From Candidatus Poribacteria bacterium (GTDB lineage: Bacteria > Poribacteria > WGA-4E > PCPOR2b): DNA of 64,000 nt. This document shows, in pieces, positions 51,090 through 62,272 of the stretch. The translations under genes were made by a program, and so were the position numbers. The notes below the pieces were generated by a model. The model made no database searches. It was not told where the DNA came from and was given only the letters and a program-made list of their open reading frames with translations. Within the stretch, counting starts at the first letter, position 1. Every line of letters starts with the position of its first letter. The DNA lies in the NCBI GenBank assembly GCA_965208325.1, contig OZ242326.1, positions 4,448,001 through 4,512,000 on the forward strand, read 5' to 3'.

Positions 51090-51236
51090 AGGAGTTACGC
51101 AGTTGAACGAATAAAGGTTTGTAGTAGAGCCATTTATTGCCCGTTTTTGCACACAAAATATGTCAGGTTAAGGAAGTGAAAGACCTGCCGGACGCGCAAT
51201 AAATTGCGCTACTACAAACTGAACTGCGTAAGTCCT
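51090..51236. mobile_element. MITE-like element family C, copy 2, enclosing an inverted GTAG hairpin pair
   Basis: AGGAGTTACGCAGTT...AACTGCGTAAGTCCT; GTAGTAG.GC.ATTTATTGC and GCGCAATAAATTGCGCTACTAC. Confidence 0.7.
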
Positions 51237-51320
51237 ATTCTTGAACGAAATTTGAAGATTGTACAAAAATGTAATGGGGAATCCACAGTTTTTATGACCT
51301 TATGAGGAGGCTGCACTACT

Positions 51321-52157
51321 ATGAACACGCTGAAAACCGGTTTCCTGCTGACTGCTTTAACGGTGCTAGTGATGTTTATCGGGAGTATGTTTGGTGAGGG
51401 CGGAATGATTATTGCGCTCATGTTTGCAGTTGTAATGAACATCGGTTCCTACTGGTTTAGCGATAGAATTGTCCTGAAGATGTATAAGGCGCAGGAGGTC
51501 GGATCGAACAGCGAATTGTACCGAATGGTAGAGGCACAGGCGCAGCGAGCTGGATTGCCGATGCCGCGCGTCTATGTGATTCCAACCGATTCGCCAAACG
51601 CTTTTGCGACGGGTAGAAATCCGAATAATTCGGCGGTGGCTGCAACGCAAGGAATTATGCGGCTGTTGTCGCGAGAAGAGCTCGCCGGCGTCATTGGACA
51701 CGAACTTGCACACATTAAACACCGCGATATCCTGATTTGCAGTATCGTTGCTACCATGGCCGGAGCGATTATGATGCTTGCTTCCATGGCGCAGTGGGCT
51801 GCAATATTCGGCGGCTTTAGAGGCGATGACGAAGACGACGGAGGCGGCGGCATCTTTGGTTTTCTTTTCATGGTTATTGTGGCGCCGATTGCCGCGATGA
51901 TCATCCAATTTGCTATCTCCCGTTCTCGTGAATATGCTGCCGATCGAGGCGGCGCGGAGATTTGCGGGAACCCGAATGCGCTCGCTCGCGCCCTTCGCAA
52001 ACTTGAGCGCGGCGTCGAAATGTCGCCGATGGAAACTAACGCCGCCACTTCCCACCTTTTCATTGCGAATCCACTGCGCGGCGGGTTCGCAAAGCTCTTC
52101 AGCACGCATCCGCCAATGGAGGAACGCATCCGCCGCCTTGAGGCGATGCGGCGTTAA
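51321..52157 (+). CDS. htpX: Zinc metalloprotease HtpX
   Basis: [31 protein letters not shown]. Confidence 0.96.
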   Translation: MNTLKTGFLLTALTVLVMFIGSMFGEGGMIIALMFAVVMNIGSYWFSDRIVLKMYKAQEVGSNSELYRMVEAQAQRAGLPMPRVYVIPTDSPNAFATGRNPNNSAVAATQGIMRLLSREELAGVIGHELAHIKHRDILICSIVATMAGAIMMLASMAQWAAIFGGFRGDDEDDGGGGIFGFLFMVIVAPIAAMIIQFAISRSREYAADRGGAEICGNPNALARALRKLERGVEMSPMETNAATSHLFIANPLRGGFAKLFSTHPPMEERIRRLEAMRR

Positions 52158-52191
52158 TTGCGCTGCCGCGTAAAAAAACGGAGGGGTTGGT

Positions 52192-54930
52192 ATGCTTTTG
52201 AATTTACTCCGATTGTGTGAATTTCGGCTAAAACCGATCCGAATCTCGATCGTTTTGATTCTTGGAATTATGGCGATTGATGGACTTGGCGGCGTCCTTC
52301 ATGCTACAGAAGAACACGCGTCCCAACACCAACTCAAAAACCCGGACGGAACGTGGAAATGGACGAACGCCTTAGTCCACGAGACTAGCCCCTACCTGCT
52401 CTTGCACGTCCACAACCCGGTGGAATGGTATCCTTGGGGTGCGGAGGCGCTGGAGCGCGCGAAAGCTGAAAATAAGCCGATTTTTCTGTCAGTCGGCTAC
52501 TCAACATGTTATTGGTGCCACGTTATGGAAAGGAAGGTCTTCTCAAATCCGGAAATTGCCGAACTAATGAATCGGTGGTTTATCAACATCAAGGTAGACC
52601 GTGAGGAACGTCCGGATATTGACGAAATCTACATGACGGCAACCCAAGTCATGACGCAGCACGGCGGTTGGCCGAACTCTGTCTTTTTAACGCCGGACCT
52701 GCTGCCATTTTTCGCGGGCACCTATTTCCCACCGGAGGACAGCGTCGGCCGCCCCGGTTTTCCGCGCATCCTACGAGGTGTTCATGACGCGTGGATGAAT
52801 CAACGGGAATTGGTTATTGACCGGGCGAAGCAGATTACCGCGGTTATCAGACAAGCGACAAGTGAGGGCATTGTCGAAAGCGGTGAAACGCCGGTAGATC
52901 GGCAACTGATTGAATCTGGCATAGATTATCTCACTGGAAGGTACAGCGCCGACTACGGCGGATTCGGCGATGCACCGAAATTTCCTAGCCCAACCAATCT
53001 TGAGTTTTTGCTGGGTGAATATCAGCGCCGGACTGTGACGCCGATTCGGATTGATTCGGCATTCGCGAGGGATTTGGATGACGGGCGATTTCCGACGGAT
53101 TTACGACACGCGCTTGAACATGCAGGCGTCTCACTTTCTGAAGACGTCGTCGTTTCGGTCAAAGCGAACGGCGCCGAATGGACAATCACTGATGTTGCGA
53201 ACAAACAGACTTACCGTGTCAATGCGGATAGGGGCGAGCTTACGATTTATCGACCGGCTGAGGCGCTACTCAAGATGATTTCCCATACGCTCGACATGAT
53301 GGCATACGGCGGGATGTACGATCAGATAGGAGGCGGATTCCACCGGTACTCGGTCGATGCGAAATGGCTTGTTCCCCACTTCGAAAAGATGCTCTATGAC
53401 AACGCACAACTGGCAAAAGTTTACTTGCATGCATATCGTCTGACGAAGGAGCCGCTCTACCGGTCAATCGCCGAAGAGATTTTCGAGTTCGTTTTCCGCG
53501 AGATGACGTCACCCGAAGGCGGTTTTTACTCTGCAATTGACGCGGAGGTAGATGCGGAGGAAGGCAAATACTACGTTTGGACAGAGGCGGAGGTTAGGAA
53601 GATTTTAGGGAAGCGGAAGGCGAAGTTGTTCAATAAGGTTTACGGTGTAGACAAAGGGCATAATTTTGAGGGAGAAACGAATATCCTGTATCTACCTGAT
53701 CCGATAGCGAGCGCGGCAAAGGCTGAAGGGAAGTCTGAGGAAGAATTTCTTAGGCAGCTTGAACCACTCAAAAGCAAGCTGCTGGCTGCGCGAGAGAAAC
53801 GGAAGCGTCCATTACTCGACACGAAAGTGATAACAAGCTGGAACGGATTAATGATTGACGCGCTCGCGTACGGTTATGAGGTACTGGCAGATACGCGTTA
53901 CCGCGACGCGGCGCAGAAGGCGGCGGAATTCATCCTGGAGCACTTGACGAGAGCGGACGGACAGTTGATGCGGACTTACAAAGACGACATTGCCAAATAT
54001 GACGGCTACCTCGATGATTACACCTTCGTCGTTCGGGGATTGCTTGGGTTGTACCGCGCAACCGGCGAAGGTCGATGGCTGAAAGAGGCAAAGTCTCTAA
54101 ATGACACCATGATTCGACTGTTCTGGGACAACGAAGGCGGAGGATTTTACTTCACGCTCGCCGACCAGGAATACCTTGTGGTTCGCACCAAGAATCCTTA
54201 TGATTCCGCACTTCCATCGGGAAATGCCGTGGCAATCAACAACTTACTCACTCTCACGGGCCTAACGGGTGAAAAGGATTATCTCGGCAAAGCCGAGAAT
54301 AGCCTTCGCAGCTTCGCTAGCGTGATGGCGCAATCGCCCGGCGGCTTTATGCACATGCTCATGGGCGCCAACAACTATCTCTCGACAGATTGGACAGAGG
54401 CTGCGGGCGCGCAGGAAAAACAACACCCTGAATTAGCGACCAAGTTGAAGGGAGAGGGTGGTATTAAAGCCAATTCTCCGCTGAAGAGCCTAAGCGGAAT
54501 CGGTTTGCCCGCAGGAAACGACGTTGTGAAAGTCTCGGTACCAGAATTGTCGAAAAAGCAGATTTCCCACCAACGCCCGTTTGATATCGAAGTTCAACTA
54601 GAGATTGACGACGGCTGGCACATTAACGCCAATCCAGCGTCTGACGATTTCCTCATTCCCACCACCTTATCGGTTAGTCCAGACGCGGCGGTTGAAGTCA
54701 TCTCGGCGTCATATCCCAAAGGGAAGCCACTGAAATTTAGCTACAACGACGACCCCCTGTCTGTTTATGAAGGCGTGCTCACGATTCAGATGCAACTGCA
54801 AATGAAACCAGGTGTTTCCCGTGAGGAGGCGTTTCCCGTGAACCTGAACCTTGAGTATCAGGCGTGCGATGATCAGCGTTGCCTGCCGCCGTCAACTGAT
54901 TCGATCCAGCTTAAGTTGGACCATCGTTAG
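52192..54930 (+). CDS. YyaL/SSP411-type thioredoxin-domain protein with C-terminal DsbD-N-like domain
   Basis: [43 protein letters not shown] and [12 protein letters not shown]. Confidence 0.9.
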   Translation: MLLNLLRLCEFRLKPIRISIVLILGIMAIDGLGGVLHATEEHASQHQLKNPDGTWKWTNALVHETSPYLLLHVHNPVEWYPWGAEALERAKAENKPIFLSVGYSTCYWCHVMERKVFSNPEIAELMNRWFINIKVDREERPDIDEIYMTATQVMTQHGGWPNSVFLTPDLLPFFAGTYFPPEDSVGRPGFPRILRGVHDAWMNQRELVIDRAKQITAVIRQATSEGIVESGETPVDRQLIESGIDYLTGRYSADYGGFGDAPKFPSPTNLEFLLGEYQRRTVTPIRIDSAFARDLDDGRFPTDLRHALEHAGVSLSEDVVVSVKANGAEWTITDVANKQTYRVNADRGELTIYRPAEALLKMISHTLDMMAYGGMYDQIGGGFHRYSVDAKWLVPHFEKMLYDNAQLAKVYLHAYRLTKEPLYRSIAEEIFEFVFREMTSPEGGFYSAIDAEVDAEEGKYYVWTEAEVRKILGKRKAKLFNKVYGVDKGHNFEGETNILYLPDPIASAAKAEGKSEEEFLRQLEPLKSKLLAAREKRKRPLLDTKVITSWNGLMIDALAYGYEVLADTRYRDAAQKAAEFILEHLTRADGQLMRTYKDDIAKYDGYLDDYTFVVRGLLGLYRATGEGRWLKEAKSLNDTMIRLFWDNEGGGFYFTLADQEYLVVRTKNPYDSALPSGNAVAINNLLTLTGLTGEKDYLGKAENSLRSFASVMAQSPGGFMHMLMGANNYLSTDWTEAAGAQEKQHPELATKLKGEGGIKANSPLKSLSGIGLPAGNDVVKVSVPELSKKQISHQRPFDIEVQLEIDDGWHINANPASDDFLIPTTLSVSPDAAVEVISASYPKGKPLKFSYNDDPLSVYEGVLTIQMQLQMKPGVSREEAFPVNLNLEYQACDDQRCLPPSTDSIQLKLDHR

Positions 54931-55106
54931 CAGTTTGACCGGACGCCTAGCTAACCTTTATTCATGGGGCAAAACCTTGTGCTATATGGTGAAGTTTTCC
55001 GTAAAATACCCAAAGACGTACCCGCCAATTTCCGTGTGATAAACCGCTTTAACGATGACATCCAACCTCAAGAAGATGCCAGGAAATGCGATGATAGGTG
55101 TGAACC

Positions 55107-55856
55107 ATGAGCGATCGAAATATCAAACTCACGATAGAATACGACGGTACGCACTTTCACGGCTGGCAGATTCAGCGGAATGCGGCGACGATTCAGGAAG
55201 TCGTCCAGAACGCGCTCACGAAAATCACACAAACCGAGACGCAGATTGTCGGCGCGGGCCGAACAGACACAGGCGTACACGCTTCGGGCCAAGTTGCAAA
55301 TTTTCACACACACGCCCAGATGTCCCCGGCTGCGCTCCAGAAAGCGGTTAACGCGCTGCTTCCGAGTGACATCGTGATCACTGGCGCGGAAGAAGCCTCG
55401 GCGGATTTTCACGCCCGTTTCAGTGCATTGAGCCGAACCTACCGATACACCATCCTCAATCGTGTCTATCCCTCCGCTTTCCTCCACAATCGGGCATATT
55501 TTTTGCCTCGTCCAACGATTAACGTGGACGCGGCGAATGCGGTTTGCCGGGCGTTAATCGGCAACCATGATTGTTCTTCATTCCAGCGGACAGGCGGGGG
55601 CCGCGCAAACCCGGTATGCGACATTTACGATTCCCGCTGCTGGAAGGAAGAAGACCTGGTCCACTTCGAGATTGAGGCAGATGCTTTTTTGCGCGGCATG
55701 GTTCGCGCGATTGCCGGTACGATTCTGAAGCTTCATGACAGCGCGTCGCCGGTCGATGAGTTTCGCAAGATTCTCGAGGCGCGCGACAGATCGGCGGCGG
55801 GAGCTTCAGCACCCGCACACGGCTTGTGTTTGACTCGAGTGAAATATGACCCGTGA
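55107..55856 (+). CDS. truA: tRNA pseudouridine(38-40) synthase
   Basis: YDGT.FHGWQ.Q, GRTDTGVHA, FHARF, FLRGMVR, APAHGL. Confidence 0.96.
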   Translation: MSDRNIKLTIEYDGTHFHGWQIQRNAATIQEVVQNALTKITQTETQIVGAGRTDTGVHASGQVANFHTHAQMSPAALQKAVNALLPSDIVITGAEEASADFHARFSALSRTYRYTILNRVYPSAFLHNRAYFLPRPTINVDAANAVCRALIGNHDCSSFQRTGGGRANPVCDIYDSRCWKEEDLVHFEIEADAFLRGMVRAIAGTILKLHDSASPVDEFRKILEARDRSAAGASAPAHGLCLTRVKYDP

Positions 55857-56227
55857 AAGAGATTCAAAGGACTTGAAAACATAGCCGCCGGAACGAAAGT
55901 CAAAATATCACCTTCCTCCGCATACGCACAGACCACGCCGTATTTGACTACCGACCCGCCTTACGCCCAATCGACGCCGGACAGCAGTTGAGTTTTACCT
56001 GAACGCAACCTCCACCGTACGAAACTGCACGAAATCGTTCACGAGAAATGCAATCTTGCACTATTTGGGGCAGTTACAGCGGGAGTTAACGAAGCGTCGA
56101 ATTGGCTGAAAGACGCTACCCGCTTGAATTTTCGAATTGTAGCGCTCTGGCATACAAATTGCGTGTTTCCTGCCTGAAATTCACACAGTCGGATGGAGAT
56201 TTTCGGAAAGGAAGGCGAGCGCCCGCA

Positions 56228-57040
56228 ATGAAGTTGCCCACGATTTCGATTGGACCGCACCGTGTCAGCAAGTTGATTATTGGCGGCAATCCGTACAGCG
56301 GGATTTCACACCATTCCCCTGCGAAATCGAAAGAGATGGAGAATTATTACACTTCCGCGCAGATCATGCGGGATTTACGGGAGGCGGAGCGGTGCGGAAT
56401 TAACACCGTGCTTGCCCGTGCGGACCGGCATATCATGCGGGTATTAAATGAATACCGCGGTGCAGGCGGAAAGATTCAGTGGATTGCGCAGACGGCGAAG
56501 CGAAACGAATACGCGGATCTCATGGATCATATTCGTCTAATTGCGCGTTATCAACCGATAGCTATCTATCAGCACGGCGGAACGACCGATCAGTTCTACG
56601 ACGAAGGAAAGCTCGAATCTCTGCGCGACGCTTTGGCGCTAATTCGAGAACTGGGCTTTGCGGCAGGTATCGGAACTCATGACCCGCGCATACTGAAGCA
56701 TTGTTACCACGAAGGATTCGATGTCGATTTCTACGTCTGCGCACTTTACAATCACACGCGCCGTCCAGAAATGTACCTGCCAGCTGATCGAGATGCTGCA
56801 ATTGCGGCGATTCAGGCGGTGCATCTGCCGGTGATTGCCATCAAAGTGCTCGCCGCCGGGCGCACCGAACCGGTTCCTGCGTTCCGATTTACGCTCGACC
56901 GCATCAAGCCGATTGATGCCATTGCGGTTGGCATGGATACGAATGGGCGACCGGAGCTCATCAACGATAACGTGACATTGGCCGGTAAAATGATTAATCC
57001 TATCGACTCACCAAGGACAGATGAAAGGAGTACATCGTGA
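56228..57040 (+). CDS. Conserved protein, aldo/keto-reductase-like fold
   Basis: VSKLIIGGNP.SG.SH, IKVLAAGR; start moved to ATG 56228. Confidence 0.6.
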   Translation: MKLPTISIGPHRVSKLIIGGNPYSGISHHSPAKSKEMENYYTSAQIMRDLREAERCGINTVLARADRHIMRVLNEYRGAGGKIQWIAQTAKRNEYADLMDHIRLIARYQPIAIYQHGGTTDQFYDEGKLESLRDALALIRELGFAAGIGTHDPRILKHCYHEGFDVDFYVCALYNHTRRPEMYLPADRDAAIAAIQAVHLPVIAIKVLAAGRTEPVPAFRFTLDRIKPIDAIAVGMDTNGRPELINDNVTLAGKMINPIDSPRTDERSTS

Positions 57041-57657
57041 TACAGTATTTGCCGCGCTTTTTTTGCATGTTGATGTGTGTGTTATTGAGCGGCTGCGGCA
57101 TAATTTTGCCGCAATCTGACTACATCTGGAGTGAGAACTACGCGCTGGACAAAAATGGCGGACGCAGTTCTATCCCAGAAGTAAACGACGGGAATTTGGA
57201 AACGTTTGGGCGGCTCGGAGTAAAAGCTGTAGGAACACTCAATAGGGCAAGGAGCAGAGACACGGCAACTCAGTCACCCCTGGAGTTAAGAACGTTCGGC
57301 AGAAGCTACTCATTTGCGGAAGCCGAGGTTTTCCCGCAGGTCAACATTCAATTCCGAGAAAAGTTGCCGATTGACAAAATTATCATCCACGGGACGAATG
57401 TCTACACTTTGGATGTCTATTGGCGAGATGATGAATCCAAATGGCAGCAATTGGCGGGCCTTCGTCAAAACCCCAAAAATCCCATCGTCATCCGTGAACA
57501 CGCCGTAACCGATGCCATACTTATTGATGTGAGACCTCGAAAGCCGGTTCCGTCAAGGCAGTCGATGTACCGATCACTCGAATTTGCACTTGAAGCTGAA
57601 GCGCACATAGCAGAGATTGAAATTTACGGGAAGATGCCCAAGAAGGCGAGTTTATAA
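57037..57657 (+). CDS. Putative lipoprotein with discoidin/galactose-binding-like domain
   Basis: Lipobox LLSGC, NYAL, NDGN.ET, IAEIEIYG; AAGGAG RBS. Confidence 0.65.
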   Translation: MIQYLPRFFCMLMCVLLSGCGIILPQSDYIWSENYALDKNGGRSSIPEVNDGNLETFGRLGVKAVGTLNRARSRDTATQSPLELRTFGRSYSFAEAEVFPQVNIQFREKLPIDKIIIHGTNVYTLDVYWRDDESKWQQLAGLRQNPKNPIVIREHAVTDAILIDVRPRKPVPSRQSMYRSLEFALEAEAHIAEIEIYGKMPKKASL

Positions 57658-57782
57658 GGGGACGTGGTTTCTGTGAAGCTGCTTCTAGCTTGTAGAACCT
57701 CTCGCTTCAGCATAAGGAGCATGAAACCCATTAAAAACTCGGTTTCAAGGGCAATTTGAAGCATCCGATGTATTAAAGACGT

Positions 57783-58712
57783 TTAAGGTTTTACCGGTAG
57801 ATTTTTGAACACTTTGAAATTATCGAATTTTGTGCCTTTGTACGATGTACCTCCCTTTATTGTCCAGACGCCCGCTTTCCCACTTTCATAGCGTTCAGGG
57901 GTGTGGTCGGATGCTTCCAACAACCATGTGCCCGGTTCGGATTCGCCTTTCGGCCAGACTTTGGCCTTCAAATAGGTGTAGGCATCGTGGGTCGTAACCT
58001 CAAACTGAAAAATGTACCAACGGTTATCTTTGAGGTGTAGGTCTATTTCGTTCAGATAAATATTTCCGTACCTGCCCTGCTCAATGGGAACGCGTTTGGC
58101 AATTTGGAGTTTTTTGTGAACATCGGACGTTCGAAGCCTGTAATTCTCGAGGGAGGAGTTCCAGTAGGCGAACACACCGGCATCGCCGGAGTGATCAATG
58201 CGGAGTTCCGCCTGAACGACGTAACTGGCCCAATCCTTTTCCCCAACAAGCGCGGCGCTATTTGGCGCGTTTCTGTTCGACTGTTCCAATACACGGCTGC
58301 CCGAGGTAGAAATGCCCCATCTTCCGCCGGAAGGGAAATTCCATTCCTTCTGATCCTCTACACTTGTCTTGCTTTCGAAGTTGTCCTCAAACAGTGTTTC
58401 GCGGCGAATCCCGCGTAGTTGAGACAGTTTCTTTTCGAGCGTATTGACCCTCGCTTCAAGTTTTTCCTTTTGCTGAACTTTTATCAGTAACTGCGTTTTC
58501 TCGGGGATGACTATCTTTTGTTCCGCCTTAATTACGTCAGGATTAGAGATGCTGTTATACTTGGCGAGTTGCGGCCATAACGAGACATCCTGTAGATTTT
58601 CTTTAGCTATTTTCTCAAGCGTATCGCCCTTTTGGACGGTGTAGAGATTTTCCTCTGCTATCACAATATTACAGCACAGTGTAACCATTAAAACCACGCC
58701 AAGAAACTTCAT
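57783..58712 (-). CDS. Secreted LysM protein with ConA-like/DUF1080-like domain
   Basis: Signal peptide, YTVQKGDTL..IA..W..L..YN.I.NPD.I LysM, C-domain shared with 11174-11935. Confidence 0.85.
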   Translation of the reverse strand: MKFLGVVLMVTLCCNIVIAEENLYTVQKGDTLEKIAKENLQDVSLWPQLAKYNSISNPDVIKAEQKIVIPEKTQLLIKVQQKEKLEARVNTLEKKLSQLRGIRRETLFEDNFESKTSVEDQKEWNFPSGGRWGISTSGSRVLEQSNRNAPNSAALVGEKDWASYVVQAELRIDHSGDAGVFAYWNSSLENYRLRTSDVHKKLQIAKRVPIEQGRYGNIYLNEIDLHLKDNRWYIFQFEVTTHDAYTYLKAKVWPKGESEPGTWLLEASDHTPERYESGKAGVWTIKGGTSYKGTKFDNFKVFKNLPVKP

Positions 58713-58911
58713 GATTTAGTCTCCTATTGAGTTCATGAGTTGTTCGTGCGGACGAGAGAAATCGAGATTTCGAGACAAAACCCGGGTACGCCGCTAAAGG
58801 AACGTTGAAATTGTACCCGATTGAGCGGGGAAAGGGCAAACCAGAAATGAAACAATCGACATGAATCGAAACCGCGATTTGAAAAAGTTCGTTTTGGCAG
58901 AGGCGGACGCT

Positions 58912-59286
58912 TTTATGCGGGGCAAGGAAAATCTCTATCGCACTCCCTATTCAGTTGATTAATCCCCGCCTACGGAGAGAGCGAAAGGGGGGGAAGATTC
59001 GGTGCCTACGGATGAAGGGTATGGAACAACTTTATTTTCCCCCAATGTTTAGACAGTGATGTGTGTCTATAAACGGGTGATTTTGTGCGGGGGTAGTAAG
59101 TTTTCAGACAGTGGTTTCGGCACACGGAGTGTGCCTACTACTTTATGCGGGGCAAGGAAGAACTCTATCGCACTCCCTATTCAGTTGCTTGATCCCCGCC
59201 TACGGAGAGAGCGAAAGGGGGGGAAGATTCGGTGCCTACGGAAGAAGGGAATGGAACAACTTTACTTACCCCCAATGTTTAGAGAG
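58912..59286. repeat. Two ~145 bp direct repeats (58912-59056, 59142-59286), each a module-filled REP
   Basis: 230 nt offset; extra hairpin CGGCACACGGAGTGTGCCTACTAC between them. Confidence 0.9.
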
Positions 59287-59445
59287 TTATGCCAGTTTAT
59301 TAAGGGGTAATTTTGGGCGGGGGATAGTACGTTTTCACGCAAAATGGAATATGAACAAGATTGGAACTCGGCAAAAAGAGTCTCATTTAACCATTTCGAC
59401 AACAGGAAAGGGAGTTATATACATTAGTGCCCATTCCTGAAACGC

Positions 59446-59610
59446 TCAGGAATTTTCTTCTTCTTTCTCTTTCCGTTTGATTCCGAACAGTGCCCTTGCG
59501 ATGTTTTCGGGCGTGTCCAAAATAGGTTTCACACCCTTCGCAAATGCTGTGCTTGTATTACGTTTTTTTGTACGCCGTTTCGACACATTTCCCTTCCTTT
59601 TTCTTGCCAT
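59446..59610 (-). CDS. Small basic passenger protein (54 aa, not in the ORF track)
   Basis: MARKRKGNVSKRRTKK...PILDTPENIARALFG.., AAGGGA upstream. Confidence 0.55.
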   Translation of the reverse strand: MARKRKGNVSKRRTKKRNTSTAFAKGVKPILDTPENIARALFGIKRKEKEEENS

Positions 59611-59694
59611 TTTATACTGTCCCTTTCGTTTGGGTCATCTCTCTTGTTATTAGATGTGACTTGTGATATACTTTCCGTGAAAGGAGATTATATC

Positions 59695-59886
59695 GTGGAA
59701 ACAACACTCACAACCTTACTATCATTGACTTTGTTGCCACCAGCAGTTATCATTGGTGTAATCTTTTGGACAACCAATGCACTGCGCAATCAAATGCAAC
59801 GAGAACATGACAAGCTCTGGCACAAAGTTGATTCGCTTGAAAAATTGCTCATTGAGCACATAAAAGACCGAAACCTTCATAATTAA
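59695..59886 (+). CDS. Small passenger protein, one TM plus coiled coil (63 aa)
   Basis: AAGGAG RBS before GTG 59695; downstream terminator. Confidence 0.6.
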   Translation: METTLTTLLSLTLLPPAVIIGVIFWTTNALRNQMQREHDKLWHKVDSLEKLLIEHIKDRNLHN

Positions 59887-59908
59887 ATCGCCCGTCCCAA
59901 ATCCCACC

Positions 59909-59933
59909 GCCCCAGTTTTTGCAGGGGCTTTTT
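59909..59933 (+). terminator. Rho-independent terminator
   Basis: GCCCC...GGGGC followed by TTTTTT. Confidence 0.55.
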
Positions 59934-60066
59934 TGTTGTCCTTTCTGGATTTTACCCCTTGACATTTATTAGCGTATAGGCGATCATTTAGGGGCACTGC
60001 TGGGGACATTGGGTCGCCAACAGTGTAACCTGAAAACCTATGCCACGACTGGATTCGTGGCGTTTT

Positions 60067-60940
60067 TTATGTTAAGGAGACGATACATGTTTCGAGTAGT
60101 TTGCAGTACCCTTTGTTTGCGGCACATCGAACCCAATCTGCCATTTGGCTATGGGTATCAAGCCGTCGCCGATTGTGGCGACCGAGAAACTCGCTGATGT
60201 ACCGGTTTAAGTGTTTAACACTCATTTTGTGATAAACACCCTTGTAGCCGCGCTTGAGCGATGCCCAGAACGATTCGATGCCGTTTGTGTGGACTTTGTC
60301 TCGCACATATTCGCCAATCGAATGCGCAACAAACGCATGTTTGCGCGGCAATCCCCTATAGGCACTTGCTTGGTCAGTGTAGACCGTCGTATCCGGTGTT
60401 GTGTGTTTAAGCACAAAACTCTGAAGCGATCGACGGTCTGCTCTGTCCACGACTCGTGCCGTCACTTGATTTGTTCCCTTCGCGGCCGCCGATAAGCGTC
60501 TCATCAACTTCCACCTCCCGCGCAAAGACATCATTGGTAGAGTCATACGCTTGGCGAATGCGATGAAGCATGTGCCATGCGGACTTCTGGGTAATTCCCA
60601 AGTCTCGGTGCAACATCAAACTGGAGACGCCTTTCAGGCTAGTGTTGATGAGATAGATTGCAATCACCCACTTCTGGTATCCGAGGTTGGAAGCATGCAT
60701 AACTGAATTGGTCTTTGCGGAGAACCGCTTACCACAGCTACGACACCGATAAGGCATTGTAGCGTGCTTTGCGTGAGTGTTCACGTTGTCACTATCACAA
60801 TAAGCGCATCGAATCCCATTGGGCCACCGACACTTGACAAACCATTGTTCTGCTGTTGAGTCATCAGGGAATAGTTGAAACAGTTCGACGAGTGTGATAC
60901 CATTTCTGTAGTGTTTTCCAGGGGCATTTTTCACAATCAA
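60067..60940 (-). pseudogene. IS1595-family transposase, internally deleted and frameshifted
   Basis: Zn ribbon and VEVDET.IGG in one frame; YTD..AY, HTNGIESFW..LKRG in another; junction near 60470-60480. Confidence 0.88.
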
Positions 60941-61018
60941 TTTCCTTTGCTAAAATCAAATCAATCCTTCATTTTAACATAATTCGACACTAATGTATAT
61001 AAATCCCCAGGAAAGGGA

Positions 61019-62272
61019 CAGGGCAAACGCATCTAAATTTTGTGCTTGACATGAGAGGAATTTGGGATATGCTTGTGTAAAATCTTCCAGAGGCGCATTC
61101 CCCATGTCTAATCCCCCTATTTCCTCTATTGAAGCGCATTTTGAGTCATTGCCAGATCCTAGACGAGTTGATTGTCAGCACACCCCATAAATTGCTTGAT
61201 ATTGTCGTAATTACTATCTGCGGGGTTATTTGCGGCGCCGATAATTGGGTGGCAATTGAAGCATTCGGAAACGCCAAGCATGAATGGCTAGCCAAGTTTT
61301 TGGAATTACCGAAAGGCGTCCCGTCGCACGATACATTCAGGCGTGTGTTTAGTGCGATGAACGCTGCCAAATTCGAGGCATGTTTTATCAACTGGATGCG
61401 GAGTGCCATTGAAATGACACAAGGTCAAGTGATTGCCGTTGACGGAAAACAGCTTCGTCGTTCCGATGATACTCATAACAACAAATCAGCCATTCACTTG
61501 GTTAGCGCTTGGGCCTGCCATCAAGGGGTAGCGCTAGGACAACTTAAAGTTGCCGACAAGTCGAACGAGATTCCAGCCATACCCCAATTACTTGAAGTAT
61601 TGGACGTGTCAGGGTGCATTGTTACTATTGATGCGATGGGTTGTCAAACCGACATCGCTCAAACCATTGCGGATTCAGAAGCCGACTACGTTTTCGCGCT
61701 TAAAGCCAATCAAGGACAGTTGTATGAAGATGTTCAACTTCTGTTTGATGGCGTCTCAACCGGCGGCATAAGAGATATAAAGGTCAACTCGACGCAAACA
61801 ATTGACGGCAATCATGGACGTATTGAAACCCGTTCTGCTTATGCGATTGCAGACCCCGGTGTAATTTCCACGCTTAGAGCAAGTGAAAACTTTGTCAATC
61901 TCAACTCAATCGTCAAAGTTATTGCCGAGCGCGAAGTCAACCAAAAGATAACCACGGAGTCACGTTACTACATTTCTTCACTTCCCGGTGATGCACAACA
62001 GTTGCTTGAAGCCACCAGACATCACTGGCGGATTGAAAACTCATGTCATTGGGTGTTGGATGTTGCTTTCCGTGAGGACGCCTCTCGGATTCGTAAAGAT
62101 AACAGCGGAGAGAACTTCGCCATTATCCGACGCATCGCGCTCAATTTACTCAAGGCTGAAAAGTCAACCAAACTTGGCGTCGCAAACAAACGGCTCAAAG
62201 CCGCATGGGACAACAATTACTTGACTACTATTTTAGAAACTCTATTCTGAATAATCAGGTGCGTTTGCCCTG
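61019..62272 (+). mobile_element. ISAs1-family element
   Basis: TIR CAGGGCAAACGCA / TGCGTTTGCCCTG; 10 bp duplication AGGAAAGGGA at 61009-61018 and 62273-62282. Confidence 0.93.
61104..62250 (+). pseudogene. ISAs1 transposase with apparent N-terminal frameshift
   Basis: PSHDTF, DGK, KSNEI, TIDAMGCQ, HGRIE, HW.IEN..HWVLDV; the HFESLPDPR N-terminus from ATG 61104 is in another frame and stops at 61190. Confidence 0.75.

Larger units (their letters stand above)
59410..61007 (-). mobile_element. IS1595-family element with passenger ORFs
   Basis: 22 bp TIR GGGA(G/T)TTATATACATTAGTG(C/T)C; CAGGAAA on both flanks. Confidence 0.88.

Noticed and set aside
51366..52129. Long antisense ORFs (247 and 185 aa)
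   Set aside because: Shadow frames of htpX
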